DNA from: Eledone cirrhosa
Lineage: Eukaryota
NCBI GenBank assembly: GCA_964016885.1
Contig: OZ024740.1
Location: forward strand, 402,504,001-402,568,000
Direction of reading: 5' to 3'
Length of the DNA: 64,000 bases
Shown: positions 1-13,493 of the stretch, one piece after another
Layout of the letters: the number at the start of each line of letters is the position of its first letter
How positions within the stretch are numbered: position 1 is the first letter of the stretch
Made by a program: the position numbers and the translations under genes
The notes under the pieces: generated by a model
Databases searched by the model: none
The model's input: the letters and a program-made list of their open reading frames with translations, nothing else
What the model was told of the DNA's origin: nothing

Positions 1-649
1 TTCCGACATCTGCTTTCCTTCCCACTTAAAGGGCCAGTCTTTTAACACACTGAATGATATTTCCGTGGAAAGAAAAGTCCAAACAACAACACACAACAAA
101 TGGGATATTTATCACTTTAATAGCTGGCAATGTGATATAGTGATACACATGAGAAACGGTTTTATTTTTTCTTCCTTATTAGTCTTCTCTCGTTTACGTT
201 CTTCCTTAAACTTTTAATTTACATCGAGTGAAATAAGATGAGAACGGCTGTACAGTAATGTTTCCTTCTAGGTTTGCACACTTCGTCAGTCAATTGAAAG
301 ATGTCTGTCACCACACGTAAGATAACGCTATCGTGGCGTTATTTAGAAATTCAACAGAAACATCAGTATTACTTGCGCAGCCGATCAATGCTACGTCGGA
401 TTAAATTGGCAATTTAGAACCAGCTGAAATACCAGATTTCTTTAAAAGAACAAACAAACAAACAATCTAACCTCAACAGCCATTTATTTATATTTTTCAT
501 GATGCTTGAAATGGGTGGGATTTTGAAAATGAATGACACTATATAAATTAAACATAAACCAAAAACATTTATATAAAACATACATATAAACAAACTAAAC
601 AAATTAAAAAATAAACTACCAGAAAAACTAACATGTTTTCTCCTCCTCC

Positions 650-947
650 TCCTTCTTCTTCTTCTTTTTCTTCTTCTTCTTCTTCTTCTTCTTCTTCTTC
701 TTCTTCTTCTTCTTCTTCTTCTTCTTCTTCTTCTTCTTCTTCTTCTTCTTCTTCTTCTTCTTCTTCTTCTTCTTCTTCTTCTTCTCCTCCTCCTCCTCCT
801 GATCCCCCTTCTTCTTATTCTACTACTTCTTCTTCTCCTACGCCTGATCCCCCCTCTTCTTCTTCTTCTTCTTCTTCTTCTTCTTCTTCTTCTTCTTCTT
901 CTTCTTCTTCTTCTTCTTCTTCTTCTTCTTCTTCTTCTTCTTCTTCT
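650..947. repeat. (TTC)n microsatellite with a degenerate middle
   Basis: Direct reading; it explains the poly-R and poly-S ORFs at 414-983. Confidence 0.95.
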
Positions 948-1519
948 AATCGTAGTAGTAGTAAAACAAAACAACCAAGCTAGATACAGGAGATTAAAAG
1001 ACTAACAAGGCACGTGTCCCGTCTTTTATAAAAGGTATTTTAGTAGGAGGAGATAATAAATTAAATTAATTCTCGTAATTGGCCGAAATATCTTAAACAT
1101 GTGTTGCTCACGTGATTCAGCCTAAATCAAGGAAATAATATGAAATAAAAAAATTACAAAATCATTTACTGTATCCTTTATTCTGACTAGATCAGAGATC
1201 AACGTTTCAGGGAGGGAGTCATTATGCGGTTAAATCAGCATCAATATACCAATGCTACTTAGTCAAATCAATTATGCAGTCTCAATATTGTCACATTTTC
1301 TGCTGGAAATATTAAACTAATGATCTTCAAATCATACCATCCTGAAAATTGGTGAAAATATTGAAAAATGTGCTAATGGGCGGCTGGGTACATCTGGACA
1401 CATTTTATCATGCATAGGTGTGTGGGTGTGTATGTGTGTGTGTGTGTGGGTGTGTGTGTCTGTGTGTGTGTGTGAGTGTGTGCGTATGTAAGTAAGTATT
1501 ATGTATATATGTATGTATA

Positions 1520-1690
1520 TTGTATCCCAGTACAACCTGTCTCATGGTCGGGTCGTTGGCGACTAAACTGGCAACCCCACCAAGTTTACCTGCTGAAGAG
1601 GGTTATTTGGGACACCCTGCAAGACAAAAAACAAAACGTGACAAAGGGTGGAAAAACTCATAAAAGTCAACGGCCATCCAAAAATGTGTA
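1520..1690 (+). mobile_element. Short dispersed repeat, family X (SINE-like, about 200 bp)
   Basis: cccagtacaacctgt...ccccaccaagttt...caacggccatccaa recurs in reverse complement at 11440-11640 and 18525-18716. Strand is inferred from the TA-rich tail. Confidence 0.75.
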
Positions 1691-1746
1691 AATATATATA
1701 TGTATGTGTGCATGTGTATATATGTATATATGTGTATGTATATGCG

Positions 1747-2072
1747 CTGGAAAATAGAAATAGTCAGGCTGGATAGCCGATCGCGCGTTTAAACCACTGA
1801 GAGTGAAGGACCCCTAGCCTTTGTCGGGGCATTCTTCTAGGAGAAGACAACTCAGGAAACTGGGATAACTCAGACATAAAACCTGTGGCTCAGTAGTTAC
1901 CGATGATGTTGATCTTTTCTTCTTTTCGAGAGTGGGTTTCGCTCCGTGCACAGTCTTTCCTCACTTTAAAAAATATCTTCACGCACAGGCATTGCTTAAT
2001 AGCATTAATTAATAATTATTAATAATGGTATATCGTGCAACGACCATATTCGATAACGAGGTGGCAGCCATA
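1747..2072 (+). mobile_element. Non-autonomous RTE-like element, family Y
   Basis: Reverse-complement copies at 11105-11418 and, split, at 28970-29010 plus 32060-32358. The ctaggagaag..aactc motif and the 3' end ccatattcgataacgaggtggcagcc resemble RTE 5' and 3' terminal regions (recognised from memory). Confidence 0.65.
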
Positions 2073-2579
2073 TTATATATATATATTAAAATGAAGTGCA
2101 AGCCAACAGGTTATTATTCACTAGCTTAATCATAATCGCTGTTATATATATTTCGGTGATAACTTTCATGCATCAGTTATGACCTCATCTTACAGCTAGA
2201 AGCTGAACAGTAAAAATAGAAAAACATACAGAGGAAATGAAGCTTACCCTTGTTGTTTCGATTCATTAATAGTTTCTCAAAGCTCCGGTAATGATGATAT
2301 TTATAACCAGTTGACTTATACTTCATGTTTGTAAATATACTCCGGAGTAAACAGAACCACCTGTGTACTTCGACGCGTGCACTACGCTGCATACTAAGTG
2401 TTGGTGATAACAAACACATACTCTAATTAATGTTATATATATATATATATATATATATACCGGCGATGAATTAGTTTTGCGAGGTTTTTTATATGAAATC
2501 GTGTGTCGAAACAGATATTTTTATACTTGGGGAGGGTCATATTTGTGTAATATTGCCAGAATTAATAACAGAACACACT

Positions 2580-2791
2580 CAATAATAATAAATTTAAAGA
2601 CTAAAATCAAAAGAGGGCTCCATAAGTATAAATATATATCAAATATATAAGAACCGTAGAGAAAATATTTATTAAAATAACAGATTAAACTTTAAGCAAA
2701 GAATCGCTGCTTTCACCCTTTCAGAAAATCCCATTAAGGGTGAAAGCACCGATTCTTTGCTTAAACTTTAATCTGTTATTTTAATAAATAT
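2580..2791 (-). mobile_element. Fold-back element, family E (Penelope-like terminal repeat fragment)
   Basis: Inverted arms at about 2665-2720 and 2736-2790, centred on tttcaccctt..aagggtgaaa. The right end abuts a TA-rich tract. Related copies at 38060-38250 and 42545-42680. Confidence 0.7.
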
Positions 2792-2821
2792 CTATATCTA
2801 TATATATATATATATATATAT

Positions 2822-3025
2822 ATAGGAACAAGTAGGATCCCGACGGCTGAGCTCAAGCCGTTTCGACGGCTATTTCTGGACTAAATTAGTCCAGAATTAG
2901 CCGTCGAAACGGCTTGAGCTCAGCCGTAGGGGTCCTACTTGTTCCTATTACCCACTCTACTACCCTAAGTATTGAGTACTTTGGTGCGTTATGGTCCATC
3001 TGGTTCCTTACCACATTTCCTTCGT

Positions 3026-3026
<1 letters not shown>
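2822..3026 (+). mobile_element. Fold-back element, family A copy 1, carrying the 3' half of a hammerhead
   Basis: Near-perfect palindrome 2822-2948 plus a unique 3' tail of about 78 bp, flanked by (TA)n. GAAA at 2906 is followed by cggct-tgagctc-agccg-TA. Confidence 0.85.
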
Positions 3027-3059
<33 letters not shown>

Positions 3060-3060
<1 letters not shown>

Positions 3061-4200
3061 TCCATGTGACAAAAGAAAAATGGACCCATTTTTATTTTTC
3101 TCTATATTATTCAATTTTTGAGAAAAACTGATGAACGTCAGAAAAATATATATGAGAAAATTTCACTAGGTTTTGGTCTTTTTATGCAGAGTTACATAAA
3201 CATATTGCAGGAATCAATACATATTTTTGGTGCATGGTGACATTTAGTATAACGTCTTTCCAAACAGACGTAGGAATGAGTCTGATCTCTTCCCGGATGT
3301 TTTCTTTTAGTTCAATGGTGGTCCTGAGTTTGTTGACATAAACTCTATCCTTAAGATAGGCCCAAAGAAAGAAAGCTAGGGGGCTTACATGAGAGATGTG
3401 TGGGGCCACTCAAAATCAGTTTTCAAACTGATCTAACGATATCCAAAATTATTTTTTAGCCATTCTTGCAACTCATTCTGGCGAGCTGTGATGGCTTGCT
3501 CCAAATTGCTGGAATTATTCGTTAGAGATGGGTCCATGTACTGTAGATTCCATTTGAAGTATTCCATGGCCTCCATATAACTTTCTTTTGTGACTGTAAT
3601 AGTTACACCATTTTCTCCGAAGAAGAATGGGCTATTCAAACCTCCTCAACAATTCAGTGAGTTTCTTTGTTCTTAGAATTGTTCTTCCCATCTAAATCAA
3701 TATGAGCCTTATCAGAGGTCACAGCAGATTCAGAAAATATGGTTTGTTTTCAATATCCTCCAGCATTTTTACAGCCAAAGTCTTTCATTTGTTTGGTCTG
3801 TATTCTATAGGGACACTCATTAAAATCCTTCTACAAGATTCTGTGGAGAGACACGAGAACTAACATCTGCACTGCGATCGTTTTGTTCTCTGTTCAGCAG
3901 ACTCGTGGACGATGACAATAATTTTGTGTATACGTTCCCTGGGTCATCCAAAATGGGTAGAACGGCCCGTAGACATTGTATTGATGTTCACCACTGTTCC
4001 ATGGGTCTCAAATCTCTTCATCCAGTTTTGTTCCAAAAATGCATGAAATTTCTCCTGGATCTGCTTGTTCGCGCCACACTTATATCAGTGTTTCTCACTG
4101 AAAATACGTTACTATATTCCCAGGCAATGTATAGACTAGGTTCTGTAATTTAGATGAATATACAGCGACACAAAACATGCCCGGAATGACGATGTATATA
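3060..4200 (-). mobile_element. Decayed Tc1/mariner DNA transposon
   Basis: ORF 3182-3409 reads SPLAFFLWAYLKDRVYVNKLRTTIELKENIREEI and ORF 3433-3639 reads PFFFGENGVTITVT, both typical of the catalytic domain. Frameshifted and TA-flanked; ends approximate. Confidence 0.8.
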
Positions 4201-4511
4201 TATATATTTCTGCGTGATCTATGAAATCCCACTTGATGTGGATACAGCGCACAGTACGTCTACTTGGAATAAAACTTCTGAAGTGGAAGCAAGAATCTAC
4301 CTAATTAATTGCCATCTTGCTCCAACTTGGCCACAGATAATTAACAGTGATATTCGTGTGGTACAAGCGTGTGTTATTATACTCCAAGTGTATCTCTTTT
4401 ATAAGCTTTTACTGTCATAAGAAGGGAGTCTTGAGTTTGTCACGCAGTTGTACTGTACTGATGGTGATGGAATCGAAGGATCAAGAGGAGAGTGCAATGA
4501 TCACACTCAAA

Positions 4512-4748
<237 letters not shown>

Positions 4749-4799
4749 CAATAATCGCCAATATCTTTCAAATTTATTTATAAAAAAGAGTGGGTGAAG

Positions 4800-4897
4800 A
4801 CGCCATTAAAGTGGACTAAACATGGGTCAGTTGACGGATGAGAAGAGACTGTCCTGTGTTTCGTCCGCCATGTTTTCGTTGTCTTCTACCTCGTTTT
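4800..4897. repeat. Short dispersed repeat, family F
   Basis: gtcctgtgtttcgtccgccat..tt.cgttgtcttc.acctc; inverted copy at 5493-5589 and partial direct copy at 7962-8020; always abuts (TA)n. Confidence 0.75.
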
Positions 4898-4919
4898 ATA
4901 TATATATATATATATATAT

Positions 4920-5115
4920 ATAGGAACAAATAAGACCCCGACGGCTGAGCTCAAGCCGTTTCGACGGCTAATTCTGTACTGAATCAATTAGCCGTCGAAA
5001 CGGCTTGAGCTCAGCCGTCGGGGTCTTATTTGTTCCTATTACCCACTCTACTACCCTAAGTATTGAGTACTTTGGTGCGTTATGGTCCACCTGGTTCCTT
5101 ACCACATTTCCTTCG

Positions 5116-5116
<1 letters not shown>
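4920..5116 (+). mobile_element. Fold-back element, family A copy 2
   Basis: Palindrome 4920-5039; GAAA at 4997 then cggct-tgagctc-agccg-TC; same 3' tail as copy 1; (TA)n on both sides. Confidence 0.85.
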
Positions 5117-5171
<55 letters not shown>

Positions 5172-5182
5172 GTATATATATG

Positions 5183-5261
<79 letters not shown>

Positions 5262-5266
<5 letters not shown>

Positions 5267-5468
5267 AAAAAGTATGACCCCGACGGCAGAGCTCAAGCCG
5301 TTTCGACGGCTATTTCTGGACTATTTCCCTATTTCCAGAAATAGCCGTCGAAACGGCTTGAACTCTGCCGTCGGGGTCATACTTTTTCCTATTTCCCACT
5401 CTACTACCCTAAGTATTGAGTACTCTGGTGCGTATGATCCATCTGGTTCCTTACCACAATTCCTTTGT
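5262..5468 (+). mobile_element. Fold-back element, family A copy 3
   Basis: Palindrome 5262-5392 with a different spacer, same tail, (TA)n on both sides. Confidence 0.85.
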
Positions 5469-5492
5469 TATATATATATATATATATATATA

Positions 5493-5589
5493 CTCAAAGA
5501 GGAGGTCGATGACAACGGAAAAATGGCGGACGAAGCACAGGACAGTCTCTTCTCATCCGTCACTGTCCCATGTTTAGTCCATTTTAATG
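5493..5589. repeat. Family F copy, inverted relative to 4800-4897
   Basis: Reverse-complement match over about 95 bp. Confidence 0.75.
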
Positions 5590-5703
5590 TACATGTATAC
5601 ATATATGTATGTACGTATACATACATACTTACATTTAAGTATCAGCCGTACTAAGACGAAGAAATGAAATTTCGTTTCATTCTTTTCCACACACACACAC
5701 ACA

Positions 5704-5764
<61 letters not shown>

Positions 5765-7140
5765 CTGAAAAATGTTTATTTAATCAAAATAGTGTGACCT
5801 ATACCATATAGTACAAACTTATATTTAACTGAAGAGGAAACAACATATATATGTACGATGTCTGATATACAATTATATTTAATTATTCATATTTTCTATC
5901 ACACACAACCATTTATTTCTATATGAAAATGATAGATCCAGCGATATAACACGGTTATGGTCTCCTCTTCTTGTGAAGTGAATTTAAACATTTATCGGTA
6001 TTGCATATGTTTTTCTATGCTTGTTTTGTTTCTTATTTTTTTATAAATTTTATTTGCAAATTTCTTTGTGTAACTTTCCTTCGAGTTATTGGTAAAATAT
6101 TAACAAAATTATCAAATTGAAAATTTCGACAAAGAAATTTAAAAAAATATATAGAGAGAGAATATTTGAAATTTGACAGCTTCAAATAAAAGAAAAATGA
6201 AAAACAGAATTACCGTCGTGTTTCCAATCAGATTTTGAGAAAGGACTAGCATAATTCTGACTAAAATGACAGATTCCACTTCACTCGTCATTGTAAATGT
6301 GTTAGGTGGTGGGTTTCAGTGCTGCTCACGTGTTAATTGGTTTTGGATGGAGAAAAGGATAAACCCCTATGATGTTTAGTTTTTTTGCAATTGTTATTTT
6401 TTTTTTTTGAGAATTTCAGATATTAGAAACAAACAAATTAAAAAATAAAGAAACGCAAAAAATAAATTGAAAAAATATGACAACTTTTACAAGAATGAAA
6501 TACTGTTAAAATTCGAATTAAACTTTGAATAATTAATTTAGACTGTGTGCGAGGTAATATTACAAAATCAAATCAGAACATTGCACTAATGCAAAGTATC
6601 TTATAAAATAATAACCAGTGAACACAGAAATCAAAAATTATAGGTGAGAAATATAATTTGCATCTTAGATGATTATAAGGGCTATTCTCTAAAATATCTT
6701 GCAACATCAACATGTTGATCCGATTGGTATCGTGTGTGTGATGTCAGTGCTAACAATAGCTTTATTATCACGTTACTATTTGAATAAATAAATATATAAA
6801 TGCATAAATGAGATATAAAAGGTAGAATAAATGAAATAATGGTGTAAATTATTTTCTATTCGAGAATAAAAATTAGAATTTTCAGAGGAAATCAATTTTT
6901 TAAATCACATTTATGTGATTAAACTTAAAGGAATCAGGAACGGCGACAACAATATCGTCATGTTTTTAAAAGGAAAAATATGAAAAACAGCATTTTAAAG
7001 GTTGAAAGTCCACATTAACTCGTATCATGTGGTAGTATCTCTGTAATAAATAATTGAGATAAAAAAGGCAAAATATGACATGTTTAAGAAAGATCTGTCA
7101 TTCTTTGAAAAAGTAAATGTGATTGTGCACACACACACAA

Positions 7141-7213
<73 letters not shown>

Positions 7214-7216
7214 ATT

Positions 7217-7278
<62 letters not shown>

Positions 7279-7610
7279 GTATATATATATATATATATAT
7301 ATAAACGGAAAAAATGAAACGAAATTTCTGGTGAAGGGCTCTGTCTCAATATCCAGTTCCGGCTTAATACGGGATGTTTGTTTACAAACACACCGAGCAT
7401 TATAATAAATGTTCGGTGAATCCATACGTACATATATATATATGTGTGCATGTATGTATATATATATATACATACGACTGTACGTCTCTATACATATACA
7501 TACTTATATTTATATATATATATAAACATATATGCACAAGAAACATAAAGATGAATAATTAAATATATATACATGTACGTGTAAGCACTCATACACACAC
7601 ATATATATAT

Positions 7611-7708
<98 letters not shown>

Positions 7709-7807
7709 TTTTTTTTTTATTAAAGTGAAATTTTGCAATGAATGAGAAATATGGTCGTTACCACCGCTTACACTTCGGAAATTAATATTTAACATAGTAA
7801 AGTTAAA

Positions 7808-7955
7808 TCTTCTTCTTCTTCTCCTTCTTCTTCTTCTTCTTCTTCTTCTCCACCTCCTCCTCTTCCTCCTCCACCACCTCTTCTTCTTCTTCTTCTTCTT
7901 CTTCTTCTTCTTCTTCTTCTTCTTCTTCTTCTTCTTCTTCTTCTTCTTCTTCTTC
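7808..7955. repeat. (TTC)n microsatellite
   Basis: Direct reading. Confidence 0.95.
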
Positions 7956-8908
7956 TCTGTGGAGACAGAGTCCTGTGTTTCGTCCGCCATTTTTCCGTTG
8001 TCTTCGACCTCCTTTTTGATATATATATATATATGACTGAGATAGACAGATAGATAGATATACGAGCACACACACAGACACAAATACACACGTATAATTT
8101 CAAACGCCTAAATCCCACTAAATGCAACATACTCCGTCTAATTGAGGCATTTTATTCATGACAATTCTCCATAACCAATTAGAAATTTGAAGCTTATATT
8201 CTAACAAGATCTAACGACATATTCAAACCAATTAGAAAATTCAATCTACAAAAGTTTTAAAGAGCCTCGTATTTCGTGGGAAATGTTAAAAATATTTCCT
8301 ATATTGACTAACACAATAATAAATTAGAAGCTATCGAATTCACTTTACATCATTCCCTCTGCAAGGTTAAAGAACGTGTGGTATCATAGTGCCATATGGT
8401 TCAAATTCTCCTTTGTATTCAATGTTAAATATAGACTTAAAACAGAAATACGTTTCTACCATTATAGCAAATATATTAAGAGGAACGATAGTAAAAGCTA
8501 CAGATGTACACGTATTATGAAATATAAAATATTACGCCCACTCACCAACAACACGGATGTCATATACTCTTTTAAGTAATAGAAATACAGGTCTTTAAGA
8601 TCAATATTGCAACACAGATATCGATGATGTATCTATAACTGTGTCCGTACATAAATTTACTATATCAGCCCATACACTCAACCACTTGACCTCAGCTTCT
8701 CCTGAATCTCGTTGATTATATGCAAGATTACAAGACAGTAGATTACGGAGTAATTCAGCTTTCCTTGTCGATGTCATTACTGTATTGAAACAGGTGTTAG
8801 AGACTCTATAGTATAATACATATTCTCCAAACATCAACGGATGTTGCCTAGTTTTTCCTGATATATTTATATTATATTATATCATAGTATATTTAATATA
8901 ATACACAC

Positions 8909-9025
<117 letters not shown>

Positions 9026-9051
9026 TTACTTATATATATTTATATATATAT

Positions 9052-9104
<53 letters not shown>

Positions 9105-9108
<4 letters not shown>

Positions 9109-9555
9109 CATAAGAAACGGAGAATCAGTGGTGCGACGAATAACATGTATTAGATATATTACAATCGTTTCTCTGGCGACCAGCTCGAGCCACGATCGAT
9201 GCAATGATCGAACCTGACTCCGAAATCGCAAGATCCTCAGATACGTCTCGATTCTTCGAAGCAGAGTTTCCAAATGTACAGTTACTGTCCAGTTACTGGA
9301 TAATTGGAAACTCTGCTTCGAAGAATCGAGACGTATCTGAGGATCTTGCGATTTCAGAGTCAGGTTCGATCATTGCATCGATCGTGGCTCGAGCTGGTCG
9401 CCAGAGAAACGATTGTAATATATCTAATACATGTTATTCGTCGCACCACTGACTCTCCGTTTCTTATGTGATATTATACTCTGCTCTGTAAGAGCATCGA
9501 GTCCTCAAACGGCCTACCGCATACGGACGCTTTAAGCATCCCAAACAAAATATAA
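9105..9555 (+). mobile_element. Fold-back element, family B (169-bp arms plus 3' tail)
   Basis: Arms 9105-9273 and 9304-9472 with only two differences seen by eye, a 30-bp spacer and a unique tail to about 9555. (TA)n-flanked; contains CTGAGGA..GAAA. Confidence 0.85.
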
Positions 9556-10003
9556 ATATATATATATGTGTGTGTGTCTGGGTGTTTGTGTATTCTAAAA
9601 GATTTACTTCATCACACTCCGAGTTGTAAGAGTGAAACTATCACCAGCGATAAAATGAATCAAGGGTTTCAAATGAATACATTAACTCTATTTTACGTAT
9701 TATGTAATTTTCTATTCTAATAGGATCCAAATCGTACACACACAAGCACATTCACACACACATACGCACGCGCATAGACACACACAAACACATAAATCAA
9801 CATGCACACATAATTATATAGTATATTAAAATTGTGAAATACTGTGTGACTGAAATCTCTGAAAGTAATAAATGTTAAGCAATTTCATTTACGTAGTGTA
9901 ACTGTGAGAATGTGTCGATTACAGAAGGAAATATATATGTGAGTGTGCGTGTGTATGTGTGTGTGTATGTATATACATATACATACACACACACATACAC
10001 ACG

Positions 10004-10061
<58 letters not shown>

Positions 10062-10082
10062 CATATATATGTACATACATAT

Positions 10083-10128
<46 letters not shown>

Positions 10129-10267
10129 ATATATATGTATATATATGTATATATATATATGTGTGTGTATGTATGTGTGTGTATGTGTGCGTGTGTATGT
10201 GTGTGTGTGTATATATGTATATACATACACACAAACACACATATATATTATATATATATATTATGTA

Positions 10268-10301
<34 letters not shown>

Positions 10302-10398
10302 CACAAACATATATATATAATATATATATAATATATATATATATAATATATATATATATAGACAAACATATATATATAATATATATATAATATATATA

Positions 10399-10483
<85 letters not shown>

Positions 10484-11104
10484 AGTGTGTGTATGCGTGT
10501 GTGTGTGTGTGTGTGTGTATCAAAGAGATATAATAAAATGAAGAAGGAAAAGAAAATCGGAAATGATTCAGCGAAACCAAGTATAAAACAAAAGAATAAT
10601 TAACACACAAGAATAAAAGACTCCAGAAGAAAAAAGCATATACATATTGGACAAATCAAAATGGCAGCGAGTAATATGAAGACACAAAATTCAATTTCCG
10701 GTACTGGTCCTTCATACAATCCATTGTCGAAATACTCTCCTTTCAAAAGCAAATATCTCTTTAATCTCTTAATCCTGTTAATCTCTGTTGAAATTACTTG
10801 TTTGACAATTGCGAAAAGGTTAAATAATTCTGATGCAAGGCAATAAACTCTACTTTATTGTTTGTAATCCATGTTAGTGCGTTTTTGTTATATTATTTTT
10901 CTTTTTATTCTTGTTAATACTGTTTTTGTTTTCTCCTGTTTTGTTATCGTTGCTAATACTGTTGAAGCTTTCGGTTCTTTGGGTATTTTACTTCTTTTTT
11001 ACTTCTTATTTACGGACCCTTTCACGTACGAGTTACATCTTACAACTTACATATTAAACCTTCCAAAAGTCATACATAAATTATGTAGAATTGTGGTTGT
11101 ATAT

Positions 11105-11418
11105 ATGATGGCTTGCCCCTCGTTATCGAGTATGGCCATTGCACGATATACCATTATTAATAATTATTAATTAATTCTATCGTGCAATGCCTGTGCGTGA
11201 AGATATTTTTTAAAGTGAGGAGAGAATGTGCACTGAGCCAATCTCACTCTCTGAGCGACAGTAGCTATAACCCGAAAAGAAGAAAAGAACAACATCATCG
11301 GTAACTACTGAGCCGTGGGTTTTATATCGGAGTTATCCCAGTTTCCTGAGTTACCTTCTCCTAGAAGAATGCCCTGACAAAGGCTAGGGGTCCTTCACTC
11401 CCAGTGGTTTAACCGCGC
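11105..11418 (-). mobile_element. Family Y copy
   Basis: Reverse complement of about 1775-2072. Confidence 0.75.
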
Positions 11419-11439
11419 AGTACATATGTATATACATAT

Positions 11440-11640
11440 TTACACACTTTTTGATGGTCGTTGACTATTATGAGTTTTTCCACCCTTTTTCAAGTTCTGT
11501 TTTTTTTTCCTGCAGGGTGTCCAATATCACCCTCCTCACCAAGTAAACTTGGTGGGGTTGCCGGTTTAGTCTCCGACGACCCGACTATATGACAGGTTGT
11601 ACTGGGTTACATCTTACCAGTAGCACTCCAGAGTGACCCG
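11440..11640 (-). mobile_element. Family X copy
   Basis: Reverse complement of 1520-1690 with a 5' extension. Confidence 0.75.
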
Positions 11641-12919
11641 ATATATGTATACATACATACATATATACATACATTCACACACACACACACACATACATAT
11701 ATCTTCATACATTTGTATATATGTGTGTGTGTGTATGGAGTCTGTATATATGTATATATACAAATATATATATAATATTTTTATTACACCCCCCCCCCCC
11801 CCCGCGCCACAAAGTACACAGACACAGGTATATATATATACATATAGAAAGAGTGAGGCGGGGAGGGAAAATAGCTTGATACATAGACAGATAAATAGTT
11901 CAGAGTTGCGCACATTACACTGGAAAATATACTCTGATTGATGACCAATGCATACACTGAAGGGTATCGCACTATTCTACTCTAATGTAACATAACAATG
12001 AAGTATCCTCTGCTTACCCGAAGAATGTCCACACATATATGAATATATCATAGACATCTATCTCAGAATGCCAGCCACTATTATCTATCTCTAAGCGGTA
12101 TATATAGAAGCCTAAACAATACAGAATGCAATTCGTTGAGATGAGGAATAATACAACTGTTACAGTGCTGTAAAATTCATATCTAGTACAGGGTACACTG
12201 GTAGAATTTCCCCGTCAAAATTTCTTAGACACATGGATGCAACAGTTAGACATAATAATTGAGGACAAAACCTAAATTGATCACAGACGTCCAGATGTTT
12301 AAACAGTGTTAAAATTGTAAAAAATAAAAAGATACCTGTTAGACACACAGTGACTAACAACAGAATTTTTTAAGTATGCATGTTGTCTGACAATATATGC
12401 GTAGCTTGTAAATAAAAGATTCAAGGGGTATCGCTGGCCGTGGCGATTCCTTCCAAACATGTTTTGTAATGTATCGTCTTATTGGTTAATTTTACCGTTT
12501 TATTGGCTAATCAACCAACGAGAGTAATTGTTGCTCAAAAGCGTTTTGTTTGCACGTTTATTTATCGTTTCGCTTTCGAGTCTCTCTCCTGTATTTTGTC
12601 GTTTTATCATCAAAATATTTTTCTCGTTTTGATAAGTTATATTGTTAATTTATATATGATTTTTAAAATTTATATTCGTTATAACATGCTTAGAATATTG
12701 GGTGTATCATATTTACACGTATGTCCATATTATTGTTTGTTTTATATTAGATTATTTTATTATTATTATGTTAGACTATTTGTATGTAATATTTAATTTT
12801 TATTAATTCAACCATAACAATTATGTAAAATATATTTATTTAATATCTTTGTATCTTGTTCCTCTTTATATAGTGTAATGGAATATAGGTAGGGTTCGGA
12901 TTGTGATACAAACTGCACT

Positions 12920-13290
12920 TTCTTTGTAAAAATTTGTAAGAATAATTTTTCTAAAAACTTTGTAAAAATTTGTAAAAATAATTTTTTTTTTATTTTGTTT
13001 GTAAAAGCTGGTACAAATATTTTTAAAACTATCGTTTTTACAAAAGTTTGTAAATTTTTGTTTGTAAAAAATTTTAAAACACTCCAAGATAGCATATATT
13101 CAATAATAAATTGATAATTTATAGTGATCTGGCAGTCATATTATGATTGTAAACTTTGTAATTTTGATGAAAAAAGAACTTTGTAATTGTAAAATTTTGT
13201 AATTTTGATCTAAAATAACTTTGTAATTGTAAATTTGTATTCTAAAATAACCTTGTAATTCTAAAATTTCATATTTTTGAAATTTGTGCG
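12920..13290. repeat. Degenerate AT-rich tandem repeat (tttgtaaaaa / tttgtaatt units)
   Basis: Recurrent tttgtaa motif at short irregular spacing. Confidence 0.6.
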
Positions 13291-13493
13291 CAAAAATATC
13301 AATTTTTAATTTAATGTACCTAGTTTACTATGATAGTCAATTACAGTTGTCACGTGCGTTTAACATTTTTTGATATTATTAATATATTCGATCTCAAATT
13401 GGCGTATTTATATCTGAACATAAGTATGACAAATGTTATTCCCTCTTATTTTGTATTTATTTAAGGTACTAATAAGTATTTATTTGCAGGTTC

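Noticed and set aside
248-296. Minus-strand CTGACGA..GAAA cattactg TA as a hammerhead
   Set aside because: No stem II, and stem I does not pair in register.
414-983. Poly-R and poly-S ORFs, and all YI/HT/CV-repeat ORFs in the track
   Set aside because: Translations of microsatellites.
5495-5553. Family F as a variant hammerhead (tcgatga..cgaa(a/g)c..gtc)
   Set aside because: The core reads TCGATGA rather than CTGATGA, and stems II and III are not convincing, although a stem I pairing is possible.
11440-11640. HDV-like ribozyme in family X
   Set aside because: Some P1-like pairing, but I could not assemble the nested double pseudoknot by eye.
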